Positions 28,401 to 36,301 of a DNA stretch of 42,025 nucleotides are shown piece by piece (within the stretch, counting starts at the first letter, position 1; each line of letters opens with the position of its first letter). This DNA is from Planctomycetota bacterium (GTDB lineage Bacteria; Planctomycetota; JACOTG01). The stretch lies in contig JACOTG010000272.1 in the NCBI GenBank assembly GCA_016178505.1, forward strand, positions 1 through 42,025, read 5' to 3'. A program made the position numbers and the translations under genes. The notes beneath the pieces are model-generated. The model saw only the letters and a list, made by a program, of their open reading frames with translations. It searched no databases and was not told where the DNA came from.

Positions 28401-28770
28401 CGACGAGTGGACGGCGTCCGACGGCGAGGCGTTCAGCGAGGGATTCCGGCGGCTCGGGCTCGGCAAGGTGATCGGCACGCGCACGTGGGGCGGCGAGATC
28501 TGGCTCAGCTCGAGCAACTTCCTCGTCGATCGCGGGATCGCGACGGCGGCCGAGTACGGCGTGTTCGGGCCGGAGGGCAAGTGGCTGATCGAGGGCCGCG
28601 GCGTCGAGCCGGACATCGTCGTCGACAACCTGCCGCACGCGACCTTTCAGGGCAAGGACGCGCAGCTCGAGGCCGCGGTCGACGAGCTGAAGCGGGAGAT
28701 CGCGGCGAGCCCCGTCGTGCTGCCGCCGGTGCCGGCGCATCCGGACAAATCCCTGAAGGCGGGGCGATGA
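25480..28770 (+). CDS. Tricorn protease homologue (peptidase S41B) with N-terminal beta-propellers, a PDZ-like region and a C-terminal S41 catalytic domain
   Basis: The N-terminal TolB-like propeller repeats are ..SPDGSTLAFV.., ..GKLLYSTD.. and ..MNLWSMTADGKDLRQLT... The C-terminal S41 region is ..GNIDSWILEKLLRKAWFYWSERVG..VVVLCDEWTASDGEAFSEGFRRLGLGKVIGTRTWGG... A length of 1096 aa is typical of bacterial tricorn homologues. Confidence 0.85.
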   Translation: MMVQSSLLFAVASLLSPGGEPQGYYRSPAIHGDTIVFSSEGDLWKVPTKGGVATRLTSHPGEESDPAISPDGSTLAFVAEYEGPREIYTMPLNGGLPTRRTFDASRVDVAGFTPDGKLLYSTDAYSTLPQSQLVKLDLASGERVVIPLAQASDGVTDDSGKTLFFTRLPFQGSHTKRYQGGTAQNLWRFADGDAEATPLTADYAGTSKNAMWWKGRVYFASDRDGTMNLWSMTADGKDLRQLTYHVGLDVAHPSLSDGKIVYQLGADLHVVDVASGAGTAEGSPIAITLTSDFDQTREHWVAKPMDYLTTAHLSPDGDRLVLTARGRVFVAPQKQGRFVETTRAGGVRYRVARFLPDGKSLVAMSDESGEIELWKLPANGVGAGEQLTTDGEVLRWDALPSPDGAWIAHYDKNWRLWIWDVKAKTDRKIDESTIADFEGLRWSPDSRWLAYVTPSDNFLERIKLWRASDGSITFATTDRFDSSSPAWSPDGQWLYFLSARHLETVVSSPWGNYQPEPYLDKTTKIYQLALKTGLRSPFAPNDELHPAKPKDEKKDDKDKKDEKKADDAKPPVPEVVVDLAGIEKRLLELPVPAGNYANLSVNDKALFFERTDVSASKTSLVAVAVGNENVEVKEAVSDIRSSELSADGKKMLVRKGDALYVVDAPVGPVSAEDLEKKKVDLSAWKMSVSPREEWRQMFTEAWRLERDYFYDRGMHGVDWKAMLKKYLPLVDRVRTREELSDLIAQMVSELSALHIFVHGGDRRHGSEEIDPASLGARLVRDPARGGYRVDHVYQTDPDEPDQLSPLARPGVDVKDGDVIDSIDGVAALAVPDLALLLREKANRQVLLHVKPASGEERDVIVMPVDGGRARDLRYDEWEYTRRLAVDQLGGGDIGYVHLRAMGRDNWTEWAKGFYPVFTRKGLVIDVRHNQGGNIDSWILEKLLRKAWFYWSERVGRAPSWNMQFAFRGHVVVLCDEWTASDGEAFSEGFRRLGLGKVIGTRTWGGEIWLSSSNFLVDRGIATAAEYGVFGPEGKWLIEGRGVEPDIVVDNLPHATFQGKDAQLEAAVDELKREIAASPVVLPPVPAHPDKSLKAGR

Positions 28771-28821
28771 TGCTCGTGCGCGGCGCGACCGAATCCTCGA
28801 CTTCGTGATCGCGGTGCGCAA

Positions 28822-29010
28822 GTGACCACTCCCAACGAGACCACGGCGTCCCCTTATCTCGGCGCGAGCGTGGAATCGTACGACTCGCTCATTCGACGCG
28901 CCGTGCCGCAATACGACGAGATGACCGCGCGACTCGTCGACTACTTGCCGCCGACGGCCGCGCGCGCGCGCTCGAGCTCGAATGCGGGACGGGCAGTTCC
29001 TCGACGTCGT
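28822..29010 (+). pseudogene. N-terminal remnant of a class I SAM-dependent methyltransferase (truncated or frameshifted)
   Basis: MTTPNETTASPYLGASVESYDSLIRRAVPQYDEMTARLVDYLPPTAARA is followed, after a frame change, by ..RALELECGTG.., which is motif I of SAM methyltransferases. No sequence encoding the rest of the fold follows. Confidence 0.3.
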
Positions 29011-29116
29011 CGACGGCGAGATCCTGAGGCTCGATTGGAAGAACAGGCTGGCGGGCCACGCCACCTTCGGCTCTACTGGTCGTGGCGCCACGGGGCGCAG
29101 AAGGAGAAGACGGCCG

Positions 29117-31183
29117 GTGTTCGATCGAAGCGGAGCAAGTCGATGGGCGCGACTCTCCGCGATCGGCGGCGCGACGATTCTCGCCATCACGAGTTTTGCC
29201 GCAGGTCAAACGACGACTCGAATCAGCCTCGATTCCACGGGACACGAAATTCCCGGCGACTGCTTCGGCGTCATCTCGGCTAATGGGCGGTTCGTCGCGT
29301 TTCGGGCGGAAGCGGCGGGCGTCACTCCAGACGACACGGATCGAGCGCCCGACATCTTCGTCCGCGATCTCCTGACCGGCGCGCTGTCGCGCGTCAGCGT
29401 GTGGACGGACGGAAGCGATACCTACGGTTACAACTATTTCGAGTCCATCTCCGGCGATGGGCGCTTCGTGTCGTTCACGAGCCAGGTCTCAAACAGTGTT
29501 TTCGGCATTCTCATCCACGATCGCGATCCGGATCACGACGGCGTCTTCGACGAGGAACACGGCGAGACCACGATGGAGAGCGTGAACGATGACGGAGATC
29601 AGGCGAATGGCTCCTGTCGCGGTAGCTCGATTTCGGACGACGGACGCTTCGTCGCCTTCGAAAGCGTGGCGACGAACCTGGTGACCAACGATTCGAATCT
29701 GACGGACGACGTCTTCGTGCGCGATCGCTATGCCGGTGGAACGGTCTGCGCGAGCGTGAATCCTTCCGGTCGGCCGGGCAACGGATCAAGCGGCGCCCTG
29801 AACACGTTCGCCATCTCGGCGAATGGTCGCTACGTCGTTTTTCGAAGCGAAGCGAGCGATCTCGTCGACGGTGACACCAACGTGTTGGCAGACGTGTTCG
29901 TTCGCGACATCCAGACCCGAACCACGACGCGTGTGACCCTCGACTCCTCAGGCGAACAGGTGAACGGTTCTGCGGGGTGGGCCGTCGCGATATCCGCGGA
30001 CGGACGCTGGATTGTGTTTTCGGACACCGCGTCGAACATGGTTGCCGCAGACACGAACGGAAGAGAGGACGTCTTTGTCCGTGACATGCTGACCGGCACG
30101 AACTCTCGTGTGAGTGTGAACTCCGCGGGAGACGAAGCGGACGACTACAGCTACGTGTCGTCGATCTCGCCCGACGGACGGTTCGTCGCCTTCACGAGTC
30201 GAGCGCGCAATCTCGTGTCCTCCGCTACTGCCCCTTGGCTCGAGGTGTATCTCCACGACCGATGGAACGGTGAGACGGAACTCGTGAGCCAGGCCACCGC
30301 CGGCGTGCCGGCCGTCACGTACAGTGACGGCGGATCGGTTTCGGCGAACGGGCGATACGTCGTCTTCTACTCCAACGATTCGAACCTGGTGCCGCACGAC
30401 ACAGTTGGCTACTACGACGTTTTTCTGCGGAGTCGGTGGTCCGTGCGCGTCGCTTCGGTGATGCCCGCGTCGGGATCCGAGAGCGGCGGTGACTTCGTGC
30501 ACATCCGGGGCGAGGGGCTGACGAGCAGCGCGGCCACGAGCGTGACGATCGGCGGGGCGACGGCGACGATCGTGTCGGCCGCGTACGACGAGGTCACGGC
30601 GTGGACGCCGCCCGGGCGCGGCGTTGCGGACGTGATCGTGACGAGCGGCAACGATTCGTCCACGCTCCCGGCCGCGTTCACCTACGTCGACTCCCCGATC
30701 GCAGCGCGCTGGGGCGACGTTGGGCAAGGGCAGGGGACTCGCGAGAGCGTGCTCCTGCTGAACGCGACTTCGGGCGATTCGCTGTCTCGAGAAGTGCGCG
30801 TGCCGCGGAATCAGCCGATCCTTCTCGTGATGCTTCCGCCATCGACCCGGGCGACGGCGCGATTCGTCCTCTACGTTTGGGATCACCATCCAACAGCGAC
30901 GACGCTCACGACCTTGCCCGCTCATCTCGGCCGCAGCGTCTTTCCGCTGCCATTCCGTAGCGGGACGCCGCAACCGCGCGTGATCTGGAACAACGTCGGC
31001 TATCGGCAAACGCTCGGCGCGCCGACGTTCGCGTCGCAGCCGGCACCGTTTGTCGTTGCGAACCGCGCAAGCGGAATCGCAGGTGCCGTACGGCTCACGT
31101 TTCAGGGACTGATCGAAGATCCGGCGTCGCAGAGCCCGACCGGTTTCTCGGTGACGAACGCGATCCTTCTGCGGGTCGAGTAG
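29117..31183 (+). CDS. Secreted TolB-like beta-propeller + IPT/TIG domain protein ending in a divergent copy of the shared CTD (CTD family member D)
   Basis: The likely GTG start gives a signal peptide (V/M)FDRSGASRWARLSAIGGATILAITSFAAGQ; the ORF track starts at 28982. PD40-type repeats (ISANGRFVAFRAE..DIFVRD, ISDDGRFVAFESVATNLV..DVFVRDR and others) are present. The IPT/TIG-like module is ..SVMPASGSESGGDFVHIRGEGL..TIGGATATIV.. The C-terminus has ..FVLYVWDHHP..TPQPRVIWNNVG..GFSVTNAILLRVE. Confidence 0.75.
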   Translation: MFDRSGASRWARLSAIGGATILAITSFAAGQTTTRISLDSTGHEIPGDCFGVISANGRFVAFRAEAAGVTPDDTDRAPDIFVRDLLTGALSRVSVWTDGSDTYGYNYFESISGDGRFVSFTSQVSNSVFGILIHDRDPDHDGVFDEEHGETTMESVNDDGDQANGSCRGSSISDDGRFVAFESVATNLVTNDSNLTDDVFVRDRYAGGTVCASVNPSGRPGNGSSGALNTFAISANGRYVVFRSEASDLVDGDTNVLADVFVRDIQTRTTTRVTLDSSGEQVNGSAGWAVAISADGRWIVFSDTASNMVAADTNGREDVFVRDMLTGTNSRVSVNSAGDEADDYSYVSSISPDGRFVAFTSRARNLVSSATAPWLEVYLHDRWNGETELVSQATAGVPAVTYSDGGSVSANGRYVVFYSNDSNLVPHDTVGYYDVFLRSRWSVRVASVMPASGSESGGDFVHIRGEGLTSSAATSVTIGGATATIVSAAYDEVTAWTPPGRGVADVIVTSGNDSSTLPAAFTYVDSPIAARWGDVGQGQGTRESVLLLNATSGDSLSREVRVPRNQPILLVMLPPSTRATARFVLYVWDHHPTATTLTTLPAHLGRSVFPLPFRSGTPQPRVIWNNVGYRQTLGAPTFASQPAPFVVANRASGIAGAVRLTFQGLIEDPASQSPTGFSVTNAILLRVE

Positions 31184-31411
31184 TCGCCGCGCCGCAGTAC
31201 GAGTCCGACGGTCAGCGCGGGCCAGCCTGGATTTCCCCCGGGAGGACGTCGCCCGCCTTCGTCGCGACAGCGAGACGCGACTCCGATTGCCGCTTCCCCA
31301 CCGGAGCGCGCCGCACAGTCCGTTGCCGACCGGCGTCGCCTCGTCCCACGAATCGATCGGCGCCGCGAGCGAGACGACGTCGGGGATTCGCGTCGATGGA
31401 ATCGCGCCCGT

Positions 31412-33430
31412 CTACTTCGGCGGCGCGGGATGCTCGGTGATCGAGGGCCAGTCGTCGGTGCGGAACGACGACGACGGGAGGCCCGCGCCGTTCTCGAGCG
31501 TGCCTTCGTCCGCGGCGCCCCACGCGTAGCGCACGGCCGCGGGCGCGGCGACGTCCGGGCTCGAGACCACGATCGTCTCGCCGTCGAGTCGCGCCGTCGC
31601 CGGGACGAACCTTCGATCGGCGCCCGCGATCGTGAACGGTCCGAGCGGCTTGCCTGCGCGAGCCCGAAGCCCGCCGTCCGCGTGATCGAAGCGCAGGCGG
31701 ATCGCGCTGCCCTCGACGCTCATCGACTTGTAGGTCGGGCCCGACGTGACGAGCCCCTTGCGGCCGTAAGTGTTCGCCAGCGCGGGGAGCGCGAGCCGCC
31801 GGCCGACTTCCTGCTTGTTGCTCGGGTGGATGTTCGTCGGGTTGCCGATGTCGAGCGTAACGGCCATCCCCGTGTTGGCCACCGACGTCGCCATCGCTTG
31901 CGCCTCGCGCAGCTCCGCCGCCTCGCCGCGATCGTCGTCGTACGCGAACGGCGCGATCTGCACGAAGTAGAACGGGAAGTCGCCGCGCCCGAAGCTCGCG
32001 CGCCAGTCGGCGATCATCGCGGGGAACAGTCGGCGGTAGAGATGAGCCTCGGAAACGTTCGCCTCGCCTTGGTACCAGATCGCGCCGCGGATGCCGAACG
32101 GGACGAGCGGCGCGATCATTCCGTTGTAGAGCGCGGTTGGAGTGTTCGGGCCCATCGACTCCTGCCGGGGCCGCGGGCCGAGCTGCGCCATCGATGCGCC
32201 AGCGCGGTAGCGCCACGAGCCGGCGAGCGGGATCGCGCTGCCGTCGCTGGTCGCGCGCCGAAGCCGCAGGTCATCGGGCTTGCCGGTCAGTCCGCCCGCG
32301 CCGCCCGTGTCGATCGCGCGAATCGCGATCACGTTTCGGCCCGCGTGTACGGCCGACGCCGGCACGGCGTACTCGCGCGGCGTCGCATGGTCGCCCTCAC
32401 CGTGAAGCCCACCGACGCGCACGCCGCCGACCCACGCGTCGTCGACGTCGTCGATCGGCCCGAGGTCGAGCACGAGATCCGCGCCCGCCCAATCCGCGGG
32501 CACGTCGACCGTGCGGCGGTACCAAACGACGCCGTCGAAGTTCGCGAGCTTGTCGTCCCACGCGCCGGGCAGGTCCATCGTCTTCCAATCGGAGTCGTCG
32601 AGGTCGGGCTTCGCGAACGCGGCGCCGCGGCTCCCGGGATCCGATTCGTCGACGTGCGTCCACCACGCCCGCGCTTGGTGTTCGATCTCGGCGCGGAGGT
32701 CGGCCGCGTGCTCGCGCACGCGCGCCACGTGCGCGAGCGCATCCGCGAACTCGGGGAACTCGCGAAGCGTGCGCGCGCTCGTCCACGCCTCGGCCAACGT
32801 GCCTCCCCAGTTCGACGCGACGAGGCCGATCGGCACGCCTAGCTCGCGATGCAGCATGCGGCCGAAGAAGTAGCCGACCGCGCTGAACGGCACGACCGTT
32901 TGCGGCGAGCATTCGACCCACGAGCCGACGCAGTCTCTCGCGGGCGCGGCAGCGATCGCGTTCTGGACGTCGAAGAGGCGGATCTTCGGAAACGAGGCGT
33001 TCCGCACTTCCTCTTCGAAGTTCGCGATGCCAGGCCCGACGTGCGGCCCGACGCTCCACTCCATGTTCGACTGGCCCGAGCAGATCCACACCTCGCCGAC
33101 GAGCACGTTCTGCAGCGTGATCGTGTTCTTGCCCGCGAACGTGATCGTGTGCGGCCCGCCCGCCTCGGGCGTCCGCACGCGCACGAGCCACAGCCCGTCG
33201 GCCGCGGCGACGGCGCTCGCGTCGCTCGCCATCCAGTCGCCCTTCACGCGCACGGCTTCGCCGGGATCCGCGAAGCCCCACAGCGCCACGTCGCTCTCGC
33301 GCTGCAGCACCATGTTGTCTCCGACGATCGCGGGCAGCTTCACGTCCGCGCGCGCGACGGCGGCGGACCCGATCGACGCGACGAGCGAAGCGGCGAAGTG
33401 CAGCACGCGAAGTGAGAGTGGTCTTTGCAT
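31412..33430 (-). CDS. Secreted sialate O-acetylesterase-like carbohydrate esterase (SASA/DUF303 family)
   Basis: Signal peptide MQRPLSLRVLHFAASLVASIGSAAVARA. The SGNH-type block is ..VWICSGQSNMEW... The duplicated-domain architecture is typical of 9-O-acetylesterases (a second ..IWYQGEAN.. block). Confidence 0.8.
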   Translation of the reverse strand: MQRPLSLRVLHFAASLVASIGSAAVARADVKLPAIVGDNMVLQRESDVALWGFADPGEAVRVKGDWMASDASAVAAADGLWLVRVRTPEAGGPHTITFAGKNTITLQNVLVGEVWICSGQSNMEWSVGPHVGPGIANFEEEVRNASFPKIRLFDVQNAIAAAPARDCVGSWVECSPQTVVPFSAVGYFFGRMLHRELGVPIGLVASNWGGTLAEAWTSARTLREFPEFADALAHVARVREHAADLRAEIEHQARAWWTHVDESDPGSRGAAFAKPDLDDSDWKTMDLPGAWDDKLANFDGVVWYRRTVDVPADWAGADLVLDLGPIDDVDDAWVGGVRVGGLHGEGDHATPREYAVPASAVHAGRNVIAIRAIDTGGAGGLTGKPDDLRLRRATSDGSAIPLAGSWRYRAGASMAQLGPRPRQESMGPNTPTALYNGMIAPLVPFGIRGAIWYQGEANVSEAHLYRRLFPAMIADWRASFGRGDFPFYFVQIAPFAYDDDRGEAAELREAQAMATSVANTGMAVTLDIGNPTNIHPSNKQEVGRRLALPALANTYGRKGLVTSGPTYKSMSVEGSAIRLRFDHADGGLRARAGKPLGPFTIAGADRRFVPATARLDGETIVVSSPDVAAPAAVRYAWGAADEGTLENGAGLPSSSFRTDDWPSITEHPAPPK

Positions 33431-33610
33431 GGTTGATCCTCGGCGGAAGTTTTGGCGCGTCAGTCTAACCGAATGTCATTGGCCGAAGCGCAGCCGTTCG
33501 GCTCCATAGATGGCGCGAGGCGACGTCTCGGATAGACTGCTTCACAAAGGTCACGAAGCGGGGGACCTCGATTCACTCGGCGTCGAGTCGCCTGCCAGGA
33601 GAGCCCGACG

Positions 33611-36277
33611 ATGACCCACGAACCACAGTCGCATTCACCCGTCCGCTTCTTTTTCATCACGGCCCTCACGCTTGCGATCTCGACCGCGGTCGCGTCGGCT
33701 CAAAGCCCGTGTGCGGAATGGGCTCCGGGGTTGACCTCGTTTCCGGGCGTCGACGGCGTCGTGTATGCGTCGACCGTCTTCGACGACGGCACTGGCCCAG
33801 CGCTTTACGTCGGCGGCATCTTCTCGTCGGCCGGCGGTGTGGCCGCTCGCAACATTGCGAAATGGAATGGATCGGGCTGGTCGTCGCTCGGCGGGGGAGT
33901 CGGCGGAGGCTATCAGTCGATCCACGTGATGGCGGCGTTCGACGACGGCACGGGCCCCTCGCTCTACGTCGGCGGCGAACTCACGGATGCGGCGGGCATA
34001 CCGGTTCAGCATCTCGCGCGATGGAACGGCCACCAGTGGTCGGATCCGGCGTCGTTCATGAATGGCAACGTCGAGAGTCTCGGCGTCTACGACGACGGCA
34101 CGGGGCCTGCGCTGTTCATCGGAGGAGACTTCACGACCGCGGGCGGTGGCATCGGAAATCACATCGCAAAATGGGACGGCCGACAGTGGTCGTCGCTCGC
34201 CACCGGCGTCGACGGCCCGGTCCTCGGACAGACCGTCTTCGATGACGGCAGCGGCTCGGCGCTCTACGTCGTCGGCAACTTCGCGCTGTCTGGTTCCGTG
34301 TACAGCAATGGCGTCGCGCGATGGAATGGCACGGCGTGGTCTCGACTCGGGGCGGGAGCGGCGTCGTACTATCCGTGGTGCGCGGTCGTTTTCGACGACG
34401 GCACCGGCCCGGCGCTCTACGTGGCCGGCCCGTTCCACATGATGGACGGCATTCCGATGAACGGTTTCGCCCGGTGGAACGGGCACGAGTGGTCGTCGCC
34501 GCCGAACGGTGAGGGAACTCGATTGATGACCGTCTGGGACGATGGCACCGGCCCGGCCATCTTCTCTTCGGGGACCGGAACCATTCGGAAGTGGGATGGC
34601 CATCAATCCTCGACGGTACCAGGTGCACCGGGCCCATCAACTCTCACGGTGTACGATGACGGGAGCGGCGCCGCGCTCTTCGTCGGCGGAGACTTCACCC
34701 TCATTGGCGGCGCGTTCGTTCCGTTCATCGCGAAGTGGAACGGCGCGACGTGGTCGACGCTTGGGACTTTCGCCGGACCCAACGGTTGGACGAAGAGCAT
34801 CGCCAGCGCAGACGATGGCACGGGCCCGGCCGTGTACGTGGGAGGTGACTTCGGCGCCGTCGGGCAGGTGGCGGCGAATCACATCGCGCGATGGAACGGG
34901 ACGACATGGTCGCCACTCGGCCTCGGGATCGACGGCTTTCGCGATGCGACGGTTTCTGCAATTGCGGCTTTCGACGACGGCACCGGACCCGCGGTGTATG
35001 CAGGTGGATCGTTCTCCACCGCTGGCGAAATGCCGGCGTCCAACATTGCGAAGTGGAATGGGAGCACGTGGTCGCCGCTCGGGAGCGGTCTGAACGACCG
35101 TGTGCTTGCTCTCACGTCGTTCGACGACGGCAGCGGACCGGCACTCTACGTCGGCGGTCCGTTCCGCACGGCGGGAGGGGTACCGGCGGCGTACGTTGCG
35201 CGCTGGAATGGAAGCGCATGGTCCACGGTTGGCCGCGAGGCGACTGGAAGCATCGTCGCGTTCACCCTGTTCGATGGCGGAAGCGGTCCCTCATTGTGCG
35301 CACTCGGCGCGTTCACCTTCGGCTTCGGAGTCGCTCGGTGGACCGGCGTGAACTGGTCACCCGTGGGCGCTTTTTTTATGGGCAGTGGTTCGTCGTTGAC
35401 CGTGTTCGACGACGGCACCGGACCGACGCTCTATGCCGGTAACACGTACGGGGTCTCGCGGTGGAATGGGATCACTTGGGCGAACCTCGGAAGCGGAATG
35501 GATGATCGCATCCTTTCGCTCGCGACGTTCGACGACGGATCGGGCGCTGCGCTGTACGCGGCCGGACGGTTTCGGCACGCGAACGGCGTCGCGGCGAATA
35601 AGATCGCGCGATGGAATGGCACCTCGTGGTCGTCGCTCGCCGAGGGCTTGGGAGGCACGCCTCAGTCGGAGGTTTGGGCACTTGCGACGTTCAACGACGG
35701 CACCGGGCCGGCACTTTGTGCGGCGGGCACGTTCGTCACGGCGGGAGGTTTTGCCTCGCGCTTCTGCGCGCGCTGGGAAGTCGCACCGCGACGCGGAAAC
35801 GTGAGTGCGCGAATTGGCGAGACCGCAGACGTCGTTTACGTGAACGGATCCGCGGGCGACGCGACGCGAACCGTCACCGTCGGCCTCAGCCGATCGATTG
35901 ACGTCGAGCTGCGCGCGGCGCCCGGCGGGCCGTCTCCTGCACGCTATGTCTTGTGGAGCTGGCTCGGCGAACCGCAGCAACCGGTCGAGCTTCGAGTCGG
36001 CAGTTCGTCGCTCGGTTGCGTCGTGAACCCGACGCCGCTTCAGCCTGCGCAGATTCCGCAACCGTTTCGGTGCCTGCGAGGCCGGCTGGTTCCGCGAGCC
36101 GCGTGCAGCGGCGTGATCGAGGTCCCGAGCCCGGCAGCCGCGCCGTGGAGCCTGCACTTGCCGCAAGGCGTCGGCGCGCCGGTGGTGGTGACGCTGCAAG
36201 GCCTCATTCGCGACAAGAGCGCTCTGCATCCGTCGGGCTACAGCGTGACCAATGGCGTCATCCTGCGAGTCCGCTGA
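33611..36277 (+). CDS. Secreted protein with about 15 Kelch-like beta-propeller repeats ending in the shared CTD (CTD family member E); paralogue of 20270..22966
   Basis: Signal peptide ..VRFFFITALTLAISTAVASAQSP. It has the same repeat consensus (A.WNGs.WSsLG.G..g.v.a...FDDGTGPaLYvGG.F..AGG..a). The C-terminus has ..LGCVVNPTPLQPAQIPQPFRC..GYSVTNGVILRVR. Confidence 0.8.
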   Translation: MTHEPQSHSPVRFFFITALTLAISTAVASAQSPCAEWAPGLTSFPGVDGVVYASTVFDDGTGPALYVGGIFSSAGGVAARNIAKWNGSGWSSLGGGVGGGYQSIHVMAAFDDGTGPSLYVGGELTDAAGIPVQHLARWNGHQWSDPASFMNGNVESLGVYDDGTGPALFIGGDFTTAGGGIGNHIAKWDGRQWSSLATGVDGPVLGQTVFDDGSGSALYVVGNFALSGSVYSNGVARWNGTAWSRLGAGAASYYPWCAVVFDDGTGPALYVAGPFHMMDGIPMNGFARWNGHEWSSPPNGEGTRLMTVWDDGTGPAIFSSGTGTIRKWDGHQSSTVPGAPGPSTLTVYDDGSGAALFVGGDFTLIGGAFVPFIAKWNGATWSTLGTFAGPNGWTKSIASADDGTGPAVYVGGDFGAVGQVAANHIARWNGTTWSPLGLGIDGFRDATVSAIAAFDDGTGPAVYAGGSFSTAGEMPASNIAKWNGSTWSPLGSGLNDRVLALTSFDDGSGPALYVGGPFRTAGGVPAAYVARWNGSAWSTVGREATGSIVAFTLFDGGSGPSLCALGAFTFGFGVARWTGVNWSPVGAFFMGSGSSLTVFDDGTGPTLYAGNTYGVSRWNGITWANLGSGMDDRILSLATFDDGSGAALYAAGRFRHANGVAANKIARWNGTSWSSLAEGLGGTPQSEVWALATFNDGTGPALCAAGTFVTAGGFASRFCARWEVAPRRGNVSARIGETADVVYVNGSAGDATRTVTVGLSRSIDVELRAAPGGPSPARYVLWSWLGEPQQPVELRVGSSSLGCVVNPTPLQPAQIPQPFRCLRGRLVPRAACSGVIEVPSPAAAPWSLHLPQGVGAPVVVTLQGLIRDKSALHPSGYSVTNGVILRVR

Positions 36278-36301
36278 TCGAATGTCTCGGTAGGGGAATG
36301 C

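Noticed and set aside
26820-28808. 662-aa alternative-frame ORF inside the tricorn protease gene
   Set aside because: It has an Arg/Gly/Pro-rich low-complexity translation. The tricorn frame carries recognisable S41 and propeller motifs.
199-36277. Identifying the shared C-terminal tail as a T9SS CTD, PEP-CTERM, LPXTG, GlyGly-CTERM or MYXO-CTERM signal
   Set aside because: It has no C-terminal hydrophobic helix plus basic cluster, no LPXTG, and none of the T9SS CTD motif pattern or length (about 80 aa). The tail is about 140 aa with its own conserved Cys/NPTP/PQPF core, so I treat it as distinct.
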